This document shows positions 18,595-30,300 of a stretch of 64,000 nucleotides of DNA, in pieces (within the stretch, counting starts at the first letter, position 1; each line of letters starts with the position of its first letter). Under the pieces are notes generated by a model, which saw only the letters and a program-made list of their open reading frames with translations, had not been told where the DNA came from and ran no database searches. The stretch covers positions 1 to 64,000 of the forward strand of contig JANOQV010000040.1 in the NCBI GenBank assembly GCA_031414955.1. The letters run 5' to 3'. The position numbers and the translations under genes are program-made. Source of the DNA: Pedosphaera sp. (GTDB taxonomy: Bacteria > Verrucomicrobiota > Verrucomicrobiia > Limisphaerales > SIBH01).

Positions 18595-18666
18595 GCTCAC
18601 ATGAAATCGCCGGCCCATGCGCGCGAGGTCCGCCTGGTCCGCCTGAACCTTCAGTCGTGGCCAAGG

Positions 18667-18695
18667 AAAAACCCGGATCGAAACCGATCCGGGTT
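18667..18695 (-). terminator. Intrinsic terminator of the DUF6600-like gene
   Basis: 11-bp stem AACCCGGATCG/CGATCCGGGTT with A-run on the plus strand. Confidence 0.75.
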
Positions 18696-18715
18696 CTCGC
18701 GGACTGCGGAATTGT

Positions 18716-20707
18716 TCAACGGCTGCGTTCGCTGCGCTCGCCCCGGCCGGAGCCAGAGTTACCGGGTGAGCCGCCGCTGCTCGGGACGGATCGTTCCTGA
18801 CTTCGTGAGCCGCCGGTCGTCGGCCGCGAAACCTGTGGGGCCGGATTGGCGGAGGGCGCGGGCTCGACCCGGCGCGGTGCCTGTTCGTACTGGCGCGGAG
18901 ACTGGTAGGGATTGTTCGGGGCCACGCGGGATTGCGCCCCGTTGTGGGGTTGTTCTGTGCGCGGCGCAACCTGGCGCGGTTGGGTTGCGGGTGTCTGGGG
19001 CTGGGGGCGCGGCGTCACGTTGGCGGCCGGCGGCAGTTGTTGCGGAGCGGAGCGAACTGGTGCCTGGGCCACCGGCGGGTTGTTCCTTGGCTGGCTGCGT
19101 TCGGCTCCGGAATTCCCGAAGAGCGAATTGTCCCCGCGTTGCGCCGGCTTGGAGGGCTGCCCTCGCGCCGGGGCCGGGGCTGTGACCGGTGTCGTGTTGC
19201 GTTCGTCATTGCGCGCAGCAACTGGCTGCCTCCCGGCATTCGGATTGGCTGGTGCCGGGCCGGTTCCAGGAACGCCTCGGGCCACCTCGGAATTGCCCCT
19301 GCTGCCTGCGACCGGTTGTGAACGCTGGGGCGTATTTGGAGTGGGGGAAGTATTTCCGCCCGCTGAATTCGACCTTCCCGCAGTGGTGCCTCCGGGGTTG
19401 GCTCGCCCTGTGCCCGGCGCGGTGCGCACGGTTGGCGGGCTTGGCGGAAGTTGTGGACGATAAGCCACGAGTTGATTTCCCTGCCGTTCGGGTTTCTGGC
19501 CACGCCCACTGGAGAAACCACTCATCGGAGTCTCGCGCACGGTGACTTCGCGCACGCGGGTGCTACCACCGGAGCGGGCGATCGTTTCTTTCCCGATGCC
19601 ATCGTTAATCACAGTTCTATTGTTTCCAGACCTGTAATTGTTCACCACCGTGGTGTTGTTGTAGATGTTGACCACGGTCGGCCGGGCCACAACGTGACGA
19701 TAAGGGTGGGGATCGCAGAAGCGGTTTGCGTGGACGAAGGAGTAGTGGAAGGACGACAACCCAAACTCGAACCCGATGCTGACGTGGCTTCCGCGGTAGG
19801 TGAAACCGGAGCCATGCACGAAATGCGCTTCGGGTGGCAGCGGAGCCCATCCGCAGTAGCCGCTTTGGTAACGCCAACTCACCCATGACGGCCCCCACAC
19901 CGTGCCCGGCGTCCAAACCCAGCCACTCCGGCTGTGATGATACCAGCGTCCATAATGGAATGCCGCCCAGCCCCAGGAGTAATCTGAGTTCCAATACCAG
20001 CCGCCATCAGACCAGTACCAACTGCCGTTGTCGCAATAGGGCCGCCAAGCCGGTGCCGAAACTGCCACCGTCGGTTGCCAGCACCAGCCATAGCCCGACA
20101 GATAAATCCAGCTCCCGTAAGGGGAGAGCGAGTCGTAAAAATAGCTGACCTCGGTCGAACTCGTCGGTGGCGGGACCGCGCCCGGAGTGGTCGGCTGCGC
20201 CGGCGGCGTTTGCGGTTGAGGCTCACTGGCTTGGGTTGGTGGAGCCTGTGCCACCACTGCCGGAGCCTTGCCATCGTCGTGCTTGAGCATCGCGGTGATG
20301 ACGGTCGAGGAGACGCCGAGGTCGTTGAGATAGATGATTTGGTCCGCGCCCACTTCGAAGCGTCCATGATATTTTTCCACGAAGGCGAGCATCACCTGTT
20401 CGCTTACTCCCGCTTGCGCGAGTTTGGCCACCTCGCCGATGCCGGATGTGGTGGCAAGGTTATCAGGCCGAGTGCTGGGCGGGATGCGCTCCAGAATGGC
20501 GGGCGCGTTGGTGTCTGCGTCGGCTTTGAGCGCGTTGGGATCAGGAAGGCCGGGCGCAACCTGAGCCCCGACCACGGCGGGCGAGTTCACCGGGGAAACA
20601 ATCGCCTTCTGTTGTTCGGTCTGCGCCGAGGGGCGCGCGCAACCGAGGAAAAATGCAACCCCGACGGCGACCGCCATACTGCACTGCCGGACAGATGATG
20701 TTTTCAT
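18716..20707 (-). CDS. Putative lipoprotein with DUF6600-like Trp/Tyr-rich domain and Pro-rich disordered tail
   Basis: Lipobox-like FFLGC; FYDSLSPYGSW...YGWCWQP, WGWAAFHYGRW, WGPSWVSWR, GWAPLPP. Confidence 0.8.
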   Translation of the reverse strand: MKTSSVRQCSMAVAVGVAFFLGCARPSAQTEQQKAIVSPVNSPAVVGAQVAPGLPDPNALKADADTNAPAILERIPPSTRPDNLATTSGIGEVAKLAQAGVSEQVMLAFVEKYHGRFEVGADQIIYLNDLGVSSTVITAMLKHDDGKAPAVVAQAPPTQASEPQPQTPPAQPTTPGAVPPPTSSTEVSYFYDSLSPYGSWIYLSGYGWCWQPTVAVSAPAWRPYCDNGSWYWSDGGWYWNSDYSWGWAAFHYGRWYHHSRSGWVWTPGTVWGPSWVSWRYQSGYCGWAPLPPEAHFVHGSGFTYRGSHVSIGFEFGLSSFHYSFVHANRFCDPHPYRHVVARPTVVNIYNNTTVVNNYRSGNNRTVINDGIGKETIARSGGSTRVREVTVRETPMSGFSSGRGQKPERQGNQLVAYRPQLPPSPPTVRTAPGTGRANPGGTTAGRSNSAGGNTSPTPNTPQRSQPVAGSRGNSEVARGVPGTGPAPANPNAGRQPVAARNDERNTTPVTAPAPARGQPSKPAQRGDNSLFGNSGAERSQPRNNPPVAQAPVRSAPQQLPPAANVTPRPQPQTPATQPRQVAPRTEQPHNGAQSRVAPNNPYQSPRQYEQAPRRVEPAPSANPAPQVSRPTTGGSRSQERSVPSSGGSPGNSGSGRGERSERSR

Positions 20708-20944
20708 ATTCTCTTTCTTTGTAACTCCCGGAACACTTTTGGCCCAGGAGCAGTTGAACCATACACCACTAGACTAGGCTTGTTCTGTGGCTATTCAGAA
20801 CTCGGAAAACTCCATAAAACATTGATAAATATGGATGAAAACAGCCTGTGGCGAGGGCGGCAAGGTGAATGCTTTGCGGTGAGATTTTACACTTGATCGG
20901 GTGCCCCTGGCCGCTGGGCGGAATCCCGCCTGCTGGCCCGCGCG

Positions 20945-20972
20945 TTGACAGCGTGCCGCGCGCTTTTAGAGT
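20945..20972 (+). promoter_or_regulatory. Sigma70-type promoter of uvrA (near-leaderless transcript)
   Basis: TTGACA-N16-TAGAGT, ATG 9 nt downstream, no SD sequence. Confidence 0.55.
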
Positions 20973-20981
20973 CCGCGCCGC

Positions 20982-23900
20982 ATGTCGAAATCGCCAGCGT
21001 CCGCCTTCATTCGCCTTCGAGGGGTGCGGCATCACAACTTGAAGAACTTCGATCTCGATCTGCCCGTGGGAAAACTGGTCGTCGTGACCGGCTTGAGCGG
21101 TTCGGGGAAAAGCTCGCTGGCCTTCGACACTCTTTTCGCCGAGGGGCAGCGCCGTTACATCGAAACTTTTTCTCCGTACGCGCGGCAGTTCTTCGATCGC
21201 ATGGACAAGCCCCAGGTCGATCGTATTGAAGGCATTCCGCCCGCCATCGCCATCGAGCAGCGCAACACCGTGAAGAGCACGCGCTCGACCGTTGGTACCA
21301 TGACGGAGCTAAACGACTACATGAAGCTGCTCTGGCCGCACGTGGCCACGTTGCACTGCCGACAATGCGGGCAGCCGGTGCGCAAGGAATCGCCGTCGGA
21401 GGTCTGGAACGCGCTGGCGGCGGGGCCGGAGGTCGGAAGTGCTGAGGCTGTGAAGGTGTCCGATATTCTGTTGGCTTTCGAGCTTCCGCTCTCGGAAAAA
21501 CTTTCCCTGGAGGAATCGCTCGCGCTGATTTCCAAACAGGGCTACCAGCGGCTGCTGTGGAACGGAGCGATGATTCGCCTCGAGGAGGTGAACGCTCAGT
21601 CCGCTCCGCGCTCCGCGCCAGCTACGCTCACCGTCATTCAGGATCGAGTGAAGCTTGGGCCGACTCACCGCGCGCGATTTGTCGAAGCGTGTGAGCAGGC
21701 CTTTCATTTTGGGAAAGGCCGCCTCACGGCTTTTGAGATGAACTCGCGCGGACTGCCGGCCAACCCGCGTTGCTTTTCCAACCGCTGGCATTGCGCCTCC
21801 TGCGACCTCGACTACCGCGAGCCGGTGCCGGCGTTGTTCAGCTTCAATCACCCGCTGGGGGCGTGTCCGACGTGTCGCGGTTTCGGCCGCACTATCACCA
21901 TCGACTACAACCTCGCCATCCCGGATCGCTCCAAATCCCTCGCGGGTGGTGCGGTCAAGCCGTGGCAGGTCGGGCACGGGTTGCAGTCGCAGCGCGACCT
22001 CTCTCGAGCCTGCAAGGCGCGTCGCATTCCGATGAATATGCCGTTCGCCAAACTGTCCGCCGAGCAACAGAAAGTCGTGCTTGAAGGCGACCCCGACTAC
22101 GGCCTGGACGAGGAGCACGAGTGGCCACGCGCCTGGTACGGGGTGAAGGGCTACTTCCGCTGGCTCGAAAGCAAAGCCTACAAGATGCATGTGCGCGTGC
22201 TGCTCTCGCGCTATCGCTCTTACACGACCTGCCCCGATTGCCAGGGCAAACGCTTTCAACCCGAGGCGTTACTCTATAAATTGAATGGCCTCGGGCTTTC
22301 GGATTTTTACCAATTGCCAGTGCGCGATGCGTTGGGATTTGTCGCCCGGCTGGCAGAACTTGGTTCACGGCGCAATCAGCCCAACGAAGTTCGATACGAT
22401 CGGAGTCTCGCGACCGCGACTGTGGTGAAGGCCGAGAATGCGCCGACTCTGAATGATGCCATCGCCAGTCCCGAGCATGATCAGGACGTGACCAATTCAA
22501 CTGGTTCCAAGGGCCACGATCCGCTCCGCTTCGCCTTCCAGGAAATGCGCGCGCGGCTCCATTACCTGAACGAAGTCGGGCTGGGTTATCTCACACTGGA
22601 TCGACCGACTCGCTCTCTCTCCGGTGGCGAGACTGAGCGCGTGAATCTCACCACCTGTCTGGGCACGCGCCTGGTCAACACGCTCTATGTGCTCGACGAG
22701 CCGAGCGTTGGCCTTCATCCCCGCGACACGGAGCGATTGGTGACGATTCTCCAGGAGTTGCGCGATCTCGGGAACACCGTCGTGGTGGTGGAACACGAAC
22801 CGGCCGTGATGCTGGCCGCCGACCACATTGTCGATCTTGGCCCGGGTCACGGTGAAGCGGGCGGGCAGATTGTCTATGCTGGTCCGGTCGAAGGCCTCTT
22901 GCGGCACGGAAGCTCTCTCACCGGGCGGTACCTTTCGGGCCGGAAGAAAGTCTCCCTGCGCAATCCCCGGCCGGTGCAACCGCGCGACCCGAGGCTTCGG
23001 CTCGAACAGGCCACGGTCCATAACTTGAAGAATCTCGCGGTGGAGATTCCGCTGGCCCGCTTCGTCTGCCTCACCGGCGTGAGCGGCTCGGGCAAGACCA
23101 CCCTGGCCCGAGAAGTTTTAGGTCCGCTCTTGCAACGACATCTCGCGGCGCCCGCTGGCTGGCCCGGGAATGTCCCAGCCAGCAGGGGCGACGAGAAAGA
23201 CACGGAGGATCAAGAGGACGATTCTGGCTCGCCGCAGTCCGCCGCGCCCGCCGCGCCCGCCGCGGTGCTCTCCGGCTTCGAGCCGCTCAGCGAGGTGGTG
23301 CTCGTGGATCAATCACCGCTCGGCCGCACGCCCCGTTCCAATCCGGCGGTCTATGTCGGTGCGTTCGAGCCGATTCGCGAGCTGTTCGCCCTGACCGAGG
23401 CCGCCCGGCAGCAGGGACTCAGTGCCAGCGCCTTTAGCTTCAACTCCGGCCAGGGCCAGTGCGGCCAATGCCGGGGCGCAGGTTTCGAGAAGATTGAGAT
23501 GCAGTTTCTCAGCGATGTCTTCGTGACCTGCCCCGCCTGCGGCGGACGCCGCTATCGCGACCATATCCTGCAGATCAAGGTCCAAGGTCCAAAGTCCAAG
23601 GCCCAAAGTCTGGCCTGGTCCATCGCCGATCTGCTCGCCGCGACGATCGATGAAGTCATCTCCTTCCTGGCGGTTCAGCCCGAGTCGCGTTCGCGTCAAC
23701 GGGCGTTGGGCAGCTTGAAGCTGTTGCAGGACGTCGGCCTGGGCTATCTCCGTGCCGGTCAGCCCATCAACACGCTTTCCGGGGGCGAGAGCCAGCGGTT
23801 GAAACTGGTGAGTCATCTCGCGGCGTCAGCCCTCCCGGTGCCCGCCACAGGTGTGGCCAAGCCCAAGTTCTTCATCTTCGACGAGCCGACGACCGGCCTG

Positions 23901-24155
23901 CATTTCGACGATGTGCGCGTCTTGGTCGGGGTCTTTCAACGTCTGGTGGACGACGGACATTCCGTCCTCGTCATCGAGCACAATCTGGAACTGATTCGCT
24001 GCGCGGACTGGTTGATCGACCTTGGCCCCGAAGCGGGGGATCGCGGCGGTGAACTCGTTGGGACAGGAACACCGGAGCAGTTGGCGAGGAATGCCTCCAG
24101 CCTCACGGGCCGCGCCTTGGCCGGGATGAACCGGGCGTGGGTGCCTTCAGAGTAG
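20982..24155 (+). CDS. uvrA: Excinuclease ABC subunit A (UvrA family)
   Basis: Two Walker A motifs (GLSGSGKSS, GVSGSGKTT), two LSGGE signatures, DEPS/DEPT, CxxC zinc modules; may be a secondary paralog. Confidence 0.92.
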   Translation: MSKSPASAFIRLRGVRHHNLKNFDLDLPVGKLVVVTGLSGSGKSSLAFDTLFAEGQRRYIETFSPYARQFFDRMDKPQVDRIEGIPPAIAIEQRNTVKSTRSTVGTMTELNDYMKLLWPHVATLHCRQCGQPVRKESPSEVWNALAAGPEVGSAEAVKVSDILLAFELPLSEKLSLEESLALISKQGYQRLLWNGAMIRLEEVNAQSAPRSAPATLTVIQDRVKLGPTHRARFVEACEQAFHFGKGRLTAFEMNSRGLPANPRCFSNRWHCASCDLDYREPVPALFSFNHPLGACPTCRGFGRTITIDYNLAIPDRSKSLAGGAVKPWQVGHGLQSQRDLSRACKARRIPMNMPFAKLSAEQQKVVLEGDPDYGLDEEHEWPRAWYGVKGYFRWLESKAYKMHVRVLLSRYRSYTTCPDCQGKRFQPEALLYKLNGLGLSDFYQLPVRDALGFVARLAELGSRRNQPNEVRYDRSLATATVVKAENAPTLNDAIASPEHDQDVTNSTGSKGHDPLRFAFQEMRARLHYLNEVGLGYLTLDRPTRSLSGGETERVNLTTCLGTRLVNTLYVLDEPSVGLHPRDTERLVTILQELRDLGNTVVVVEHEPAVMLAADHIVDLGPGHGEAGGQIVYAGPVEGLLRHGSSLTGRYLSGRKKVSLRNPRPVQPRDPRLRLEQATVHNLKNLAVEIPLARFVCLTGVSGSGKTTLAREVLGPLLQRHLAAPAGWPGNVPASRGDEKDTEDQEDDSGSPQSAAPAAPAAVLSGFEPLSEVVLVDQSPLGRTPRSNPAVYVGAFEPIRELFALTEAARQQGLSASAFSFNSGQGQCGQCRGAGFEKIEMQFLSDVFVTCPACGGRRYRDHILQIKVQGPKSKAQSLAWSIADLLAATIDEVISFLAVQPESRSRQRALGSLKLLQDVGLGYLRAGQPINTLSGGESQRLKLVSHLAASALPVPATGVAKPKFFIFDEPTTGLHFDDVRVLVGVFQRLVDDGHSVLVIEHNLELIRCADWLIDLGPEAGDRGGELVGTGTPEQLARNASSLTGRALAGMNRAWVPSE

Positions 24156-24339
24156 GCCTCGCAAGGCTGCGCCGGTGACTGACGGCTGCCCGACGGAAAC
24201 AATCACGGCGCGGCCGGGAGTTGATTTCGTGTTCGGAGGCCGCGCCAGAATGCAACATTTGTGTTACCACCGGGAATTCACTGGGCGGGGCGCGTGGGCT
24301 TTCGCTAGGCTGGCACCGTCATCCAACAACCCGAGGTCA

Positions 24340-27300
24340 ATGCTTATGTCGCTCAGAATTCTTTCCGTTCTCGTCCTGCTCATTTCATCACTCACCCACC
24401 TCCGCGCGGCGGATCAAGTGGTCATCACCGAGTTCATGGCGGCGAACAGCTTCACCTTGGCGGATGAGGATGGCGGGTTCTCCGACTGGGTGGAGATTTA
24501 CAACGCCGACACCAACACGGTGAACCTGGACGGCTGGTCTCTTACCGACAACGACGGCAACCTGACCAAATGGCAGTTCCCATCCACGAACATGGCCCCG
24601 CACACCTTCCTGGTGGTGTTCGCCTCGGGCAAGAACCGCCGTGTGCCGGGCGCGCCACTGCACGCCAACTTCAGCCTGAACGCCGGCGGCGAATATCTCG
24701 CGCTGGTGCGGCCGGACGGCGTGACCATCGCCAGCGAGTTCGCGCCGCAATTTCCCAATCAGTTCAGCGACGTGGCCTTTGGGTTTGTGATGACCGGCAG
24801 CACGGCGACGCTGCTGCCGGCGGGCGCGGGCGCGCGGGCACTGGTGCCCGGCTCGGACATAGGCACGGCGTGGCGGGGGATGAATTACGATGACTCGGCC
24901 TGGACGACCGGCACAACGGGTGCGGGCTACGATCAGGGAACAAATTATCTTCCCGGCCTCGGCCTGAACATCGGCGCGGTGATGTCGAACGTGAACGCCT
25001 CGGCCTATCTGCGCGTGCCGTTCGAGGTGAGCGACCCCGCGCAGTACGAGGCGCTGACGCTGCGCATCCGCTATGACGACGGCTTCATCGCCTACCTGAA
25101 CGGCACCGAAGTGGCGCGGCGCAACGCCCCGGTGTCGCCGACCTGGAATTCGACCGCCACGACCGGTCACGGTGCCCCGCCACCGGCTGCGCAGGTCGAG
25201 GATTTCGAGGGCTCAGCGCTGAACTACACCCTCAATCAATACGGCACCGCGCCGGCTCCTTCGGTGCAACTGGCGGGCGCGGGCAGCACGGGCCGCTTTC
25301 TGCGGCTGTTGACCGATCCGGTGAACAACCAGTTCAACACCGTGACCTTCCGCCAGGCGGCTCCGGGCTTGTTCGAGACCATCACGGCCAGTTTTGATTT
25401 TCGCGGCTCGGACGCGGCGGCCAATCCGGCAGATGGCTTTGCCTTCATGCTGATTCCGACCAGCGTGTACGGCACGAACGGCCCGGGCCTCACAGTGCAG
25501 CCGTCGTTTGGCGTGGAGGAGCCGAACTATCCGGGCGTCTTCGCCGTCGGCTTCGACGCCTATCCGCACGGCACGCAGAACGACGTGTCGGTGCATTGGA
25601 ACGGCGCCGAGTTGAACAACGTGACCATGCCGCGCGCGATCCTCGACCTGATCTCAAACCAGTTCCATCGCGTCACCATCACCTTGCAATACGTCGCGGG
25701 TGGCGCGCGGGTCACGGTCAGGTTTGTCGGGGACATCAATGGCGTACCGGCCGCAGCCTACACGCCGATCAATAATTTCTTCGTGCCCGGACTGAACCCG
25801 TATCAGTGCCGCGCCCAGATCGCCGGGCGCACCGGCGGCGCGGATTTCTCGCTCGACTTGGACAATCTCAACCTCCAGTTCCAGCCCGCCGCCGGGCTGA
25901 TCGCGTTCGAGGACATCGACCTCCCGGCCGGCCTGGGCGTGCTCGCGGCCGGCTCGAATGTGCTGGCCATCCAGGGCTTGAACCTCACGGTGGCCGACTC
26001 GGATTTTCTGATCGAGCCGCAACTGGTCTTCGCGAATTTCGGGCTGACCACCAACGCGACCTTCATCGCGCCGGCCACGCCGGGTGCCTGGAACAACGTG
26101 TCGGGCGCGGGCACGGTCGCGCCGGTGGTCTTCTCGCCGCCGCCGGGAGTTTATTCCTCGAACACGCTCGCGGTCACGCTGGCCTCGGCGTCCTCCTCGG
26201 CCGAGATCCGTTACACCATCGACGGCACCTCGCCCACGGCCAGTTCGTTGCTTTACTCGGGTGCCATCACCTTTGGCAGCAACCGTGTCATCCGTGCCCG
26301 CGCCTTCGCGCCGGGCCAGGTGGAGAGCGAAGTGACGGCGGGAAATTACGTGCTGCTCGATGCGGGCCTGACTAATTTTACCAGCAACCTGCCGCTCGTG
26401 ATCATCGACTCGCTGGGCGGAACCATCGTCGCCGAAGTGCAGATTCCGACCTACGTGGTGTTCATCAACACCAATGGTCCCGGCAATCGCGCCAGCATGA
26501 ACGGGCCGTTCGACTATCGCGGCCGGGCTGGGGTCGAGTTGCATGGGCAAAGCTCGCTCGGCTTCCCCAAGCAGTCGATGAACCTCGAAACGGACAACGA
26601 GAAGGACAACGACAAGGCGGTCTCGCTGCTCGGACTGCCCAAGGGCAGCGACTGGGTGCTCTACGCGCCCTACACCGACAAGACGTTGATGAATGATCTC
26701 CTGACCTACGAGTTGCACGAGGCCATGGGCCACTACGCGGTGCGGCGCAAATTCGTGGAGGTGTTCGTGCGCAGCACGCCTGGGCGCTTGGGCACGAACG
26801 ACTATCGCGGCGTGTATGTGCTGCTGGAAAAAATCCGCATCGACAACGACCGCGTCGATATTAGCGAGCCGCAGTCCGGCGAGCCGGGCGATCCGATCAC
26901 GGGCGGCTACATCTTCAAGCGCGACAAGGGCAGCCCCGGCATGGTCGAGTTCACCACCCTCAATCAGCCCTACACCGTCGCGATCAACGGCGTGTCGATG
27001 CAGTACCACGATCCGCGCGGCGACGAGTTGAACCCCGCGCAACGCTCCTGGCTGACCAATCACCTGAATGAATTCGAGACCTCGCTCTACGGCGCGAACT
27101 GGCGCGACCCGCTGGTCGGCTACTTGAAATACATCGCCCCGGCCTCGTTCGTGGATCAGCACTGGATCGTGGAGTTCCCCAAGAACATCGACGGCTACCG
27201 TCTGAGCGATTACATGCACCTCGACCGCGGCGGCAAGATCAAGATGGAGCCAATCTGGGACTGGAATCTTTCCTGGGGCAACGCCAACTACCTCGAAGGC

Positions 27301-30300
27301 GGACTGACCAACGGCTGGTATCACACCCAGCTTGGGGGCGGTGATGACATCTGGTTGAGCCGGCTGCGCACCGATCCGGATTTCTACCAGCGCATCATCG
27401 ATCGCTGGGGCGAGCTGCGCACCGATGTGTTCGCGCTCTCCAACCTGCTGGCCCGCGTGGATCGCATCACCAACCAGCTTTGGGAGGCGCAGTCGCGCGA
27501 CTTCGGGCGCTGGCCGCGCTTGAGCGCGTACGTGTGGCCCAACCCGGACGGCGCGAACCTCGTGCCCACCGGCACTGACGGCACGGTGGCGACCTGGCAT
27601 GTGAACTACGCCACGCCGGGCACCTATCAGAATCTGATCGCCGAGATGAAGAACTGGATTCGCGGACGCCACGCCTGGATTGATGCGCGTTTCGTGATCA
27701 AGCCCGCGCTGAGTCTTCCGCCGGGCAGCATCACGCCGGGCGCGTTGCTCAGCCTCTCCGCTCCGACCGGCAGCGTTTACTACACGCTCAACAACACCGA
27801 CCCGCGCGCGGCGGGCGGCGGGGTCAGCTCTGCGGCCATCCTTTACTCGGGACCGATCACTCTCCAGAGCAACGCGGGCGTGATGGCGCGTGCGTTCCAC
27901 ACCAACTCGTGGAGCCCGCCCGCCTCGGGCGTGTATGTGGTCTCGCCGCCCACGCTGGCCATCACCGAGATCATGTTCCACCCGCAGGACGTGCCGACGA
28001 ACAGCCCGTATGGCCAGGAGGAATTTGAATTCATCGAGATCAAGAACACCGGCCTTACCACCCTCAACTTGCAAGGCGCGCGGCTCGCCGGTGGGATTGA
28101 GTTCACTTTCCAGCCGAGCGTTCTCGTGCCGGGCGGCTTGCCGACGACGCATGACTTCGACACGGTGGAAACTCAGTTCACGGCCTCCACGCTGAACAGC
28201 GGACCCGGCGCGACGGTCACGGGCGGCGGGCCGGATGGAAATTTCCTGCGCCTGGTTCACAGTGGCAGCACGAGCGTCACGCGTAACCGGGTCGCCTTCA
28301 GTCAGACCGCTTCCGGCCCATACGCCCGGCTTACGGCGGACTTTGACTTCCGTGCCACCACGATCACCCCGCCGGCGACGAACGGCCCGGCCTCGGTGCA
28401 GACTTTTGATGCGGCCGGGGCCGCGTTCACCCTTGGCGGTGTGGCGGCGGTCACCCCGGCCAACACCGGATCGTCGGGCAGTTTCCTCCAGCTCGTGCCG
28501 TCAGCGGGCAGCCTCGTCGGCACGGTCGGCTTCGAGCGCACGGCCACGGGCGCGTGGAACACGGTCGTGGCCTCGTTTGATTTCCGCATCACGCCGCCGA
28601 GCGAGGCCAATCAGGCGGATGGCATGTCCTTCGCCTTTCTGAACACGGCCAACTTTGGCGTCGCGGGCGCGGCCCCGGGCATGTCCGAGGAAATGAATCT
28701 GGCCAACACCATTGGCATCGGCATCGACGACTACAACAACGCCGAGATCAACAACAACCACCTCTCGGTCCATTGGAACAACGCCATTGTCGGCACGCCT
28801 TACACGCCGCCGTTTGATTTTTCCAACGGCCAGTTCCATCGCGCCCAGGTCACAATCCGTTTCTCGGGCGGTGCGGCTTTCGTCACGGTACGATTGACGC
28901 CCGACATCAACGGCACGCCCGGCCAGACGGTCACGCTGGTGCAGAACCTCCAGATCAACGGCGTGCCGCCGTATGAGGGCCGCGCGGCCTTCGGCGCGCG
29001 CACCGGTGGCCAGTGGGCTTCGCACGACATCGACAATCTCAACATCCAATACTCGACCGACACCGGCGCGGCGGCCGGAGTGTCGCTCGCCCTGCTGCCG
29101 GTCAATCGTTTCGGCAATGCGGGCGTGGGCAGCACGCTGGCTCATTACACCGACGCACCGCTCGTCACCAACGGGTTGTCGATGGACCTGGCCTTCAACG
29201 GCTCGAACACGGCCAATGATGTGACGTTCTATTACGACCGCGTGGCGCTGGCGGCGGTGTCATTGCCCATCGGGGTCCTGGATCTGGACGAGGACGTATT
29301 CCATCGCGCGTCGCTAACCGTGCAACGCGCCAGCGGCGGCAGCTACGTGACGTTGAGCTTGACTCCGAACAGCCAGGTTGCGCCGGGGCTGCCGAACACG
29401 GTCGTGTCTAATCTCTACGTGCTGGGTCTGCTGCCGGAGAACGCGCGCGTGGAACTGGCCGGGCGCAACGGCGGCCTCAACGCTGCGCTCGATGTCGAAA
29501 GCGTGTACGTGCAGTACTACGATTACGCCTCGCTCTTGCTGGCCCCGGGCGAGTGCATCCTGGTGGTGAAGAACATCGCGGCCTTCGAGTCGCGCTACGG
29601 CACTGGCTACCGCATCGCCGGCGAATACAGCGGCACGCTCGACAACAGTGGCGACCATATTGTGCTGCTCGGGCCGGTGGGCGAGGTGATTCTTGATTTC
29701 ACCTACAGCGACGACTGGTATCACCTCACGGATGGCCTCGGCTTCTCGCTGGTGAACGCGAATCCCGGCGGGCCTGGCGCCGGCTACGGCTCCAGCACCA
29801 ACTGGCGTGGCTCGAGTTATCAGGGCGGCTCGCCCGGTGCATTCGATCCGGTGCTGAACCTCGCGCCCATTCTCATCAACGAAATCCTGGCCAACTCCAT
29901 CCTGCCCGAAGTGGACCGCATTGAGCTGTTCAATCCCACGACCAACGACGTGAACATCGGTGGCTGGTTTCTGACTGACGACTGGAACTCGCCGAAGAAG
30001 TTTCGCATCCCGAACGGCACGGTCATTTCCAACGGCGGCTTCATCGTCTTCCACGAAGGCGTCTTCAATCCCACGCCCGGCTTGGGCAGCAGCTTCGCGC
30101 TGGGCAGCGACGGCGATGAGGTGTGGCTTTTCTCCGGCGACGCGGCCACGAACCTGACCGGCTACGTGCATGGCTTCGACTTCGGCGGCTCGGATGAGAA
30201 TGTCAGTTTCGGCCGCTACCTCGACAGCGCGGGCGGCGAACACTTCCCGGCACAGTTCGTGAACACGTTCGGCGGACCGAACTCCGGGCCGCGCCTTGGT

